A stretch of DNA of 64,000 nt from Phoronis australis. Its lineage: Eukaryota; Animalia; Phoronida. The stretch spans positions 83,735 through 147,734 of the forward strand of contig NMRA01000644.1 of NCBI GenBank assembly GCA_002633005.1, written 5' to 3'. Both the position numbers and the translations under genes were made by a program. This document shows, piece by piece, positions 53,683 through 64,000 of this stretch (position 1 is its first letter; every line of letters starts with the position of its first letter). Below the pieces are notes generated by a model, which made no database searches, was not told the DNA's origin, and worked only from the letters and a program-made list of their open reading frames with translations.

Positions 53683-56600
53683 ATTATTGGGGACAAATAA
53701 AACAAATAGAATAATAAATATTTTAAGTTGTATTGGGAATTTCAGGGTCACAGCTCTACAAATAAATATTTCACAGAAGGAACCAGATGAGTTCCTTAAT
53801 TACAAGAGAAAACACACACATTTCCGATACCCAAAGTGTAACTGAGTATCGGATACTAAGTGGCACAGGTTAGCTTAGTACCAAATGGGTACATAATACC
53901 AAATGGGTATTGGCCGATTGCCTACCAACTGGGTCGAGCAAAGCGGCAAATTCAATAACAAGTACCAAGTGGGTACAAACTGCCAAATGGGCAAATATCA
54001 TATAAAGTACCAAGTGGGTACACCAAACAGCCAACTGGGCTATAACAACCTGCAAAGCAGGTTCCGGACAAGCTGAGTGAGCAGACCAGCCGGAGTGATA
54101 AAAAGAGATATTGTAAGAAACGTGGTGTTGTGGCTCAGTATGTGCCGAGAGCTGTGACCGGGGTAGAGAGAAGCAAGCTGCAGTAATGGACGCTCAAGTA
54201 CAGGTCTGGTCGCTAGCCAATGACGTCGGTTCTTGCCTGACGGTAACACGCTCCGGGCTTGAAGAAGGTACCAGCAGTGGCTGTAAAAACAACAATAACC
54301 AACAGCAGATTTTGTTCGGCAAAAGGGATGGAGCGTGGTAAAGGTAGAAAACGGTTGACGTGAAATTTTGTGGTACCCCGGGTAGGGAGGGCGGGAGAGG
54401 TATAAACTTGTCTAATTAGGAAAACTTACGAGTGAATGTACTGTTGCTTGAGGCTGGGCCAACAGGAAGCTGGAGAGAAAGAACAAACAGCGCAACCATC
54501 GGACTTGGTAGGAACTAACCAGCAGTTGGATATGAAGCATGAAGGGCTCTATAATGGTATTTGCCCAAATAATAGGATTTATGTCAGAGTGCCATAAATC
54601 TCATTATTGGGGACAAATAAAACAACAAGAATAATAAATATTTTAAGTTGTATTGGGAATTTCAGGGTCACAGCTCTACAAATAAATATTTCACAGAAGG
54701 AACCAGATGGGTTCCTTAATTACAAGAGATAACACACACATTTCCGATACCCAAAGTGTAACTGAGTATCGGATACTAAGTGGCACAGGTTAGCATAGTA
54801 CCAAATGGGTACATAATACCAAATGGGTATTGGCCGATTGCCTACCAACTGGGTCGAGCAAAGCGGCAAATTCAATAACAAGTACCAAGTGGGTACAAAC
54901 TGCCAAATGGGCAAATATCATATAAAGTACCAAGTGGGTACACCAAACAGCCAACTGGGCTATAACAACCTGCAAAGCAGGTTCCGGACAAGCTGAGTGA
55001 GCAGACCAGCCGGAGTGATAAAAAGAGATATTGTAAGGAACGTGGTGTTGTGGCTCAGTATGTGCCGAGAGCTGTGACCGGGGTGGAGAGAAGCAAGCTG
55101 CAGTAATGGACGCTCAAGTACAGGTCTGGTCGCTAGCCAATGACGTCGGTTCTTGCCTGACGGTAACACGCTCCGGGCTTGAAGAAGGTACCAGCAGTGG
55201 CTGTAAAAACAACAATAACCAACAGCAGATTTTGTTCGGCAAAAGGGATGGAGCGTGGTAAAGGTAGAAAACGGTTGACGTGAAATTTTGTGGTACCCCG
55301 GGTAGGGAGGGCGGGAGAGGTATAAACTTGTCTAATTAGGAAAACTTACGAGTGAATGTACTGTTGCTTGAGGCTGGGCCAACAGGAAGCTGGAGAGAAA
55401 GAACAAACAGCGCAACCATCGGACTTGGTAGGAACTAACCAGCAGTTGGATATGAAGCATGAAGGGCTCTATAATGGTATTTGCCCAAATAATAGGATTT
55501 ATGTCAGAGTGCCATAAATCTCATTATTGGGGACAAATAAAACAACAAGAATAATAAATATTTTAAGTTGTATTGGGGATTTCAGGGTCACAGCTCTACA
55601 AATAAATATTTCACAGAAGGAACCAGATGGGTTCCTTAATTACAAGAGATAACACACACATTTCCGATACCCAAAGTGTAACTGAGTATCGGATACTAAG
55701 TGGCACAGGTTAGCATAGTACCAAATGGGTACATAATACCAAATGGGTATTGGCCGATTGCCTACCAACTGGGTCGAGCAAAGCGGCAAATTCAATAACA
55801 AGTACCAAGTGGGTACAAACTGCCAAATGGGCAAATATCATATAAAGTACCAAGTGGGTACACCAAACAGCCAACTGGGCTATAACAACCTGCAAAGCAG
55901 GTTCCGGACAAGCTGAGTGAGCAGACCAGCCGGAGTGATAAAAAGAGATATTGTAAGGAACGTGGTGTTGTGGCTCAGTATGTGCCGAGAGCTGTGACCG
56001 GGGTGGAGAGAAGCAAGCTGCAGTAATGGACGCTCAAGTACAGGTCTGGTCGCTAGCCAATGACGTCGGTTCTTGCCTGACGGTAACACGCTCCGGGCTT
56101 GAAGAAGGTACCAGCAGTGGCTGTAAAAACAACAATAACCAACAGCAGATTTTGTTCGGCAAAAGGGATGGAGCGTGGTAAAGGTAGAAAACGGTTGACG
56201 TGAAATTTTGTGGTACCCCGGGTAGGGAGGGCGGGAGAGGTATAAACTTGTCTAATTAGGAAAACTTACGAGTGAATGTACTGTTGCTTGAGGCTGGGCC
56301 AACAGGAAGCTGGAGAGAAAGAACAAACAGCGCAACCATCGGACTTGGTAGGAACTAACCAGCAGTTGGATATGAAGCATGAAGGGCTCTATAATGGTAT
56401 TTGCCCAAATAATAGGATTTATGTCAGAGTGCCATAAATCTCATTATTGGGGACAAATAAAACAACAAGAATAATAAATATTTTAAGTTGTATTGGGAAT
56501 TTCAGGGTCACAGCTCTACAAATAAATATTTCACAGAAGGAACCAGATGAGTTCCTTAATTACAAGAGATAACACACACATTTCCGATACCCAAAGTGTA

Positions 56601-56906
56601 ACTGAGTATCGGATACTAAGTGGCACAGGTTAGCATAGTACCAAATGGGTACATAATACCAAATGGGTATTGGCCGATTGCCTACCAACTGGGTCGAGCA
56701 AAGCGGCAAATTCAATAACAAGTACCAAGTGGGTACAAACTGCCAAATGGGCAAATATCATATAAAGTACCAAGTGGGTACACCAAACAGCCAACTGGGC
56801 TATAACAACCTGCAAAGCAGGTTCCGGACAAGCTGAGTGAGCAGACCAGCCGGAGTGATAAAAAGAGATATTGTAAGGAACGTGGTGTTGTGGCTCAGTA
56901 TGTGCC
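53683..56906 (+). repeat. 920-bp near-identical tandem repeat, 3.5 copies
   Basis: Units start at 53683, 54603, 55523 and 56443 (partial, to 56906). Identical or near-identical ORFs recur at 920-bp spacing in the ORF track. Confidence 0.97.
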
Positions 56907-57759
56907 ACATGGGCAGGGTTGTTCATGGATGAACAATCCTGTCCACCGCCACAACTCACGTGGGGGCCCTGACCCTGGTAGGGGAGTGACAGGGGATGGG
57001 AGAAAAAGGTAGTCACAACCAATGAGAAAAGGACTAATACCAGTCCCGGATTTGACTCCATATGCAGTGAAGCTGCCCCCCCCCGCCCTCCGGGATGCAG
57101 GCACGATGTTAGACTTGGGGCACGGCACACGAGGACAGATTGGATACCTCACAGTTAACAGTACCGCTCCCGCCAAGGTCGAAGCCCAGCCACACCCTGG
57201 TCGCCGAGAGACAGTTGTGATTGCTGCACATTACAGACACCTCTACTGACCCCATACCACACTCACCTAGCAGACTCTGCTATGCCTTAACTACAAGGGA
57301 AATTGCACCACATAACGGTGCAAGCACAAACCTACCTGGAGGACCTGCGGTGGTTCCACCCGAGCATCGCATGGCACAGAACCGCCCTACACTCCTGGCC
57401 GGGCTTTCCCCGGGTCCAAGCCGCCCCCAAAGGTCAACTAACCCTCACTCATACCGCGGCAAATCCTAGCGAAATTCAGACGGTTTAGGGCACACTTTAG
57501 TACCCCAAGTTTACCGCCCCCCCAATTATTACGAATCTAATGCATCATGTACATGTATGAGCTAGGGTAGAGCAGCCGCAGAGAACTGGCGTTCAGGCTC
57601 CTATGTGCGAAGGTGTTGGTATTGCGGTGGAACAATTAACTTGCGTACCAGGAGAGGTAAGCGTTATGACAATGGGTGGGGAGTGACCTCACACGGAAGC
57701 ATGTGCTGTTAGGGAAACTCGCTGCAAAATTGTACTGAGAACAGAAAAATTGTAGATTT

Positions 57760-58140
57760 CTTTTTATAAAACATTTTTATTTATTTTTTTTATATTTACA
57801 TTTGTGTTTTTTTTAATATTTTATGTAAATTTTAAAATATTTTTTATTTATTTTTTTAATATTATTTTACTTTTTTAAAATATATATTTTTATTTGGTTT
57901 TTATATTTGTTATTTTTTAAATAGTTTGAATTGTTTTTATTTATTTTAAACATTCATTTGTGTTTTTTTTAATATTTTATGTAAATTTTACAATATTTTA
58001 TGTAAATTTTACAATATTTAATTTATTTATTTTTTAATATTATTTTACTTTTTAAATATATATTTTTATTTAGTTTTTATATTTGTTATTTAGTTTTTTT
58101 AAATGGTTTGATTTGTTTTTATTTCTTATTTTTTATATAA
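57760..58140. repeat. T/A-rich low-complexity tract with internal duplication
   Basis: catttgtgttttttttaatattttatgtaaatttta occurs at ~57799 and ~57955. Confidence 0.8.
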
Positions 58141-59685
58141 GTTAGAAAAGAAGTAATGGTGCAGGAAAGGTAAAGGACCATCAGCATGGGAGATGTCATT
58201 TCATATAAAGATCATGAAGATCTAAAATCATTATTCAAACAGTCCTATTTATTTGCTGATGCTTTAAAGATGAAAACTGACCGATTGATAAAANNTGAAT
58301 GAATGGTGTACTTATTTGTTTGTTTGTTTTTGTAATTGTTTGTAAATGATAATAATAAATACATAAAAAAAGAAAACTAAAATATCTATAAAAATCCTAC
58401 AGAACACAACTATACGAGAGAGGAGAGAGCAACAGGCTCTCAGGAATAATGTTACCCCGAGTCGTATAAAATAGACAACACCAAGTACACAAATCAGGAA
58501 GCAACTTGGTCTACAAAATATGATTGGCAGTAAAGGCCTACCACCCTATCAATGTGTTCAACGAATATCCAAGAGCTAAGCAAAAGGACAAATGACATTT
58601 GTGCTGTCGATGTCAGGAAAAGACGGTCACAACTAGTTAGTAAATGCAATTAAGCCTAGGGTTCTGGTATCATGAAAATTTAATCTAGAAAGTTCCATTG
58701 ATGGCACGAGGTCATCAGCACTTTGCAACAAGTTATGTAATTACATAAGAGTGAAACCACAGGCTGGCCCATTACCATGAAATCTGGGTCAACAAGCACT
58801 GCAACTGAATTTGGGCTAGTGTGATCCCAGTGTAGGAAGTAGGTTAGGCACATTTGCGTGCAATATAGTTTAACAAAATGAAAGGTTACACGATTTTGAA
58901 ATCGTAAATTAAAAATCTTGTGTTAAAATAAGTCAGACATTACTGGTAATCTGATATGATTTATACGCCTAAACGGGCAGATGTAACCCACTGGTGTGAG
59001 TGACGCGTTTTCAAAAACTGGGCGCAATGACATGGATACTGTTTAGGCCTACTAATAGCCCGGGTGTAGTGGTTCCTGGGTTGCAGATGAAAACGACCCT
59101 ACTTCAGCGGGCAAGAACAACTGTTAGAGTGACTGGCTTAGACCTAATTACACCGAAATGAACTAGTATATACGAAAATCGTAAAATTAAAGAAAACAGC
59201 TTAAGCCGGTCATGCCCTCGGCCCTGGAAGCACTCGAGCGCAGATTTCGTACGACAAAGCTATGCGCGCCTGGCCAGTGGAAAACTTAGCAGGCATGTGA
59301 GACGTGATCTCATCGATCATAACGTCCGCCTATCTGCCACTACAGTAGCTGACTATTCGAAAATCGTCCTGGTGGGAAATACCCGACCACGATGCTAGAC
59401 GAAAACAAAAGTTGACGCTTTACCGTAACTTAAGCGCGGTTGGAATAGGTTTAAATTATGCCGAGTGAACGAAATGTGAAGTATTATGTGATAGCAATTG
59501 ACACGAGTGCTTTAAAATGTTTAACACGCTTTGTTGTTATTATTATTTTTATTTTATTAGTTTATTTTTCAATTATTATTTATTTAATTTGTAGCAATGT
59601 TTTAGTGTATGTTTTAGTTTGTTCATTAGTTGCATTATATGTTGGTTTTTTAATTTTTTATTGATTTTTTTCGTGCGTCGGTAAA

Positions 59686-59801
<116 letters not shown>

Positions 59802-61935
59802 TTTTAAGTGTTGTTCGGAAGGAAGTATGCCGATCAAAAGGGTAGATAAACATGGTAGGGTTAGGGCCGGTGAGGAAGTACTTGAAAAAGCCTAACAAAC
59901 AACATATCCAAGGGTGAGTACAGTATTTCCGTATCTTTCATGGAAAGTCGAATAAAATGTCAACAGTGACATACAAAGGTTTTTTATTATTATTTTTTAT
60001 TATTGTTTTGTTTTACCTAGTACCTAAATTTTATTACTATTATTTTACCCACCAAAGTGGTTGCGCGCTATATGAGGACATTTCCATGTGTTAGACGCGG
60101 CACTTTTGAGCTTTACCGCACCAGGCTTCACGGCGATATGGGATAGATTCCCATCTAGGTCTTAACCAGTGTAAATCCCATCTGTTTACATCAATAATAC
60201 CTCCAGTCCTGATGGAATTGTACCAAGTCTACTGTTATGTAATTCCAGTATCCGCCATGTACCCAAACCATAAGTACGTCTGGAGACGAGGTCACGCACT
60301 TGTCAAACCGCTGGCATTCAAGCTCATTTTACATGGGTATCCAGACCCCAACTGTGCTTCACTCCTTGTTCAAGGCTTAAAATAGCTAGTGTCACGCACT
60401 ATCGTCACGCGCTTCGCTCTGTCTCGCGCTAGCCTTTGCCTAACGCGTGTGACTCAGTGGACTTACTTTCGGTTATGGCGCGCAAGGTGAAAAAGTCAAC
60501 GGGAACCAAAAAACTGGAGTTGAAATTCTTCGGCAAAATCATCCCAATCTCATAACTAAGCTTCATCGAAGATATGTATAGAAGTAAAATAAATGGATCC
60601 ATTACGAAAGGAAGCGCTTTTTTTAAGTGATAGTTTTAAGTGTGGAATGTATTTTTTGACGAGGTGAAACTCAAAATCAGTGGCCGGATTTGGCCCGACG
60701 AAATAGTACAGAAAGCGATGGGAAGTATTCTAGCCCATAACCGGCCAAGCGAGGGGCTACGCGTTGACTAGCCCCTGTCCTACCAGCCCCGTTGATAACC
60801 TTTATACCTCGCCGCCGGGTCTCATCCCCAAAGCAGACGGCGATTGTCACACGATATCCCACTTATACCCAGGGAAGTGGTGAAATGGCGAGGGATTGGT
60901 TTGGGTTTGAGGGATCATTAGAATCAAAAGAAATCGGCCGTTAGAAAACCCATCCGTGGCTACAAATAATAAATAAGGGAAGTATCGTTTGTCCAGGACA
61001 ATTAACGACGAACGGGAAGGAGTCTACTAGGTATAAACTTTTCTAATTAGGAAAACTTACGAGTGAATGTACTGTCGCTTGAGGCTGGGCCAACAGGAAG
61101 CTGGAGAGAAAGAACAAACAGCGCAACCATCGGACTTGGTAGGAACTAACCAGCAGTTGGATATGAAGCATGAAGTGCTCTATAATGGTATTTGCCCAAA
61201 TAATAGGATTTATGTCAGAGTGCCATGAATCTCATTGTTTTCTTTCATCAGTAATCATACAAGTTTATTAAGTAACAAAACTGAAACCTGTAATAAGACA
61301 CATTTGCCATGCACCATGAAAAACATGCTACATGAAATGCTCAAAGTATGCTGTCTAAAATCTTCATTAATAATCGACCACTGTTTTTTTTTGAGAATCA
61401 ACAATCAGCTTTACTGGTACTCTGATGTTGAAAGCAACATTCCCCTTCACGTTGAGGTCATGTTAAACTACAACTCAAAAACTAATGTGATTTTCAGTCG
61501 CACATATGTGTATCTGAGGACTGATGCCAACGCCTGCCCAAGCAGTCATTGCTAAGTTGTCCAGCTGTTTACTGCTTCAGCCTCGTTTTGAAGTGATATT
61601 CCGACAAAGAGAGAAATGCAACAATAAAAAGACAATGAAAGTCGCTTTGATAGATCTTTATTTTGCCTTAGTCGTTAGTACACTGATGAGAATGTTGTCA
61701 ATGTCATTGGCCTATCAGGAGCCTGAAATTGAAGTTTAAAACAGAAATTATACAATAACTGTAGTGATACAAGCGAACACGCAATGGAAGACACTTTTGT
61801 GTTGAGTAGAGACTGACACTGTGCTAGAGTGAAAATTTTTAAATTCACAAGTCAGAGTTATACATGCAGTTTGAGTTCGAAGAAAAATTTTGGAACTGAC
61901 TACAATGAAATTTTCCGGGCGTTGCAAAGCCACTT

Positions 61936-62341
61936 GTGCCCAGTGGCATGAAATAGTTCCAAAAAGGGACTCAACTAAGTTTTTTTAAATATGCGTATTT
62001 GTGTCGTTCTTTTCTCACACATGTAATGTTGTCTCACTATATTATTTTTACAATGAGCTTTATTTTGACTAATACCATTTTCTAATAGTATAATCGAAAA
62101 CTGCACCATTAGTTCAACGAAAATAGATAGGGAGTTGGTCCTTAAATCAGAGTCTTGAATGAAAAGATCCCTACTTATTTTCATTGGTATTGAGTTTTAT
62201 CAAAGCCAATCTCTGGATTAGTAATGAAACTAAAGCAACATCAGAACGGAAAATCAGTGTTCTAAGAGATCCAAAAATACGCAGTATATTTAGGCAACTT
62301 AGTTGAGTCCCTAATTGGGACTGCTTCATGCAAACGGCCAC
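61936..62341. mobile_element. Harbinger-like MITE (~400 bp); internal fragment repeated at ~62850-62930
   Basis: ~46-bp imperfect TIRs (..gcatgaaatagttccaaaaagggactcaactaagtt / aacttagttgagtccctaattgggactgcttcatgcaaacggccac). TSD is not clear. Confidence 0.7.
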
Positions 62342-63894
62342 TAGCTCCTTCTATTGGGGATCTGACTCATTTCCTAAGACCTTGCAGCTTAGGTCCATGA
62401 ACACTGGGTGGTAGCAAAGAAATTTTCGGGCAAACAGTCATCAATAAATATTAGAAGGAGTAGATCGGCACTAAAACGTCGTTCAAGCAATTTTGCAGAA
62501 CATTGCAGAATTTTTTCAATTTAGTTATTCACCTGAATGAATCCATGGCAATCTCCGCCGTCAGAAATGTCCCCGTGTTTGTGGGGTTAAGTTAATTGGT
62601 TATAACACTAACGTTTAAAGTGATGAGCAGACATTTTAAAAAACGACAATAACTAAAAGTTAAATTATTTTCAATTTTTGTACCCAGGAATCTAATCTCT
62701 AAATGCAGGTTTGTGTCAGATGTGAACTCAGAACTTATTCAATCAACGCTAAATTGCGTACTTGTACATGTACGTGTGTCTTTCGTAAGTCAAATGGGTA
62801 ATATGTTTCAATCATCTTGTTTTCATTATGAGCCCCTTTGATTGGTGGCAAACTCTCGTATTTAACTAAACACTGACCCTTTAGTTCAATAAAAATAAAT
62901 AGAGAATTAGTCCCAACAATGGGGCTATTCGGAGAATTGTCCTCGCGGTGTCGCTGCTGTACTAGTGGTGATTGAATTGCGCATGCGTGGCTGTCTGCAT
63001 GTAAACAACTGGTAAAAGATGCAATTTTTATCAAAATACGTCGTCGCGCTAAGCCTTATTACTGCTAATTTCCCTGGTGCAAGTCTTCGACAGGTGGCCA
63101 CAAATTCACAAAAGACCTAAGGTTACTATATTCGTGGACAATTGCAGTCAACATGGTCAACTAACTGACAAAAAGTGTGTGGATGCTGAAGCCCTGTGTG
63201 TGCTCTGTGACTATGCAGTTCCATTCGGAGACTACACAACATTACTTGGTAAGTTTTTAGCAATCAGTTTCTATCAACATCGTTTGGTGATGTTATCCCC
63301 ACCAATTACCCCACTGAATAACAGTTTTATTGAGTGGAACTAAGTGTTTCTTTTTGGAAACTCACCCGATGCCGGGTAAGCTAGCAGCACATATTCATAT
63401 TGTCCTGGGTGGGAGTGCTCCCAAAATAAGAGGTGTATGGTTCGTGATGCACAGAAGTCAAGAGTGACTTTTTAACTGCAGTTTCTCTTCAAAACTATGC
63501 TGTTTCCAATAAAATTCTCTAGATGAGTGAGTTTCCTTATTTTATCGCGGACCCCACCCCCAGGACTACCAGCTCAGTTATCGAATTAACATGAATAAGC
63601 CTTAATTCAGTAAATGTCGTAACATTGCATTGGAAAAAAAATTGACACCTAGAATGAATTTTACTTGTTGAGATCAGAAGCACATTTTAAGGGTTATGAA
63701 AAATACACATTGTTAAATCACTTTTAGCCTGTTTCACATATTTTAATTCAGATATTAAATACGACTTGGGTACAAAGGTTATTAGTTTCTACACATAAAC
63801 ATGAAGATGAAATGTCAAGTATGTTCGGCGTTACAAAAGTAGTTTTGTCTTGTCTTTTCTTTTACAATTTGCTAATATTTCTATTCTGTTACAG

Positions 63895-64000
63895 GCAAGA
63901 AAAAACAACTGAAACCAACCGCCTGACCATCTATTTCACCGTTGGACAAAGTGAAAAGCAATCCTTCAGCAATAACCTGAGAGAATTGAACGTAATTCAG
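63895..64000 (+). other. Candidate exon of an unidentified gene running off the window
   Basis: Pyrimidine-rich tract, ctaat branch-like motif and tacag acceptor, then an open frame QEKTTETNRLTIYFTVGQSEKQSFSNNLRELNVIQ. Confidence 0.35.

Noticed and set aside
53870-56754. Repeated 61-69-aa ORFs as a tandem gene family
   Set aside because: They are by-products of the 920-bp repeat, with non-ATG starts and no domain signal.
53683-56906. Penelope pseudo-LTR tandem with hammerhead ribozymes
   Set aside because: No convincing CTGAnGA..GAAA core with stems was found by eye, and the adjacent coding remnants are DIRS/Ngaro-like. A covariance-model scan was not run.
57040-57065. 2A-like peptide (HMESNPGL) on the minus strand
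   Set aside because: It lacks the required D-x-E-x-NPG-P consensus and is antisense to the retroelement remnants.

Overview
AT-rich eukaryotic (probably marine invertebrate) DNA made almost entirely of nested transposable elements and satellites. I found no confident host gene, rRNA, tRNA or CRISPR array. 0.1-8.3 kb is a head-to-tail Helentron/HINE-like array containing a solo LTR. 8.3-16.1 kb is a composite satellite of ~38-bp arrays separated by a ~650-bp module. 16.1-30.5 kb is a decayed L2/CR1-group LINE split by a Harbinger MITE, a 7.8-kb Kolobok transposon and a ~0.7-kb insert. That Kolobok carries a disabled multi-exon THAP-DDE transposase and a convergent, apparently intact two-exon KolX gene resembling the P2X7 cytoplasmic ballast domain. 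Further on are an Academ(X) derivative (31.2-33.0 kb), twin perfect hairpins (35.7 kb), a Kolobok derivative nested in its own family in inverted orientation (38.2-41.3 kb) and a Ginger-type element (42.0-49.8 kb) carrying more insertions. A truncated CR1-type LINE (49.9-51.2 kb) sits between two copies of a ~378-bp duplication. At 53.7-61.2 kb a decayed Ngaro/DIRS-like retrotransposon has its split direct repeats in a permuted order, amplified as a 920-bp tandem. All family assignments come from motif reading by eye; no searches were run.
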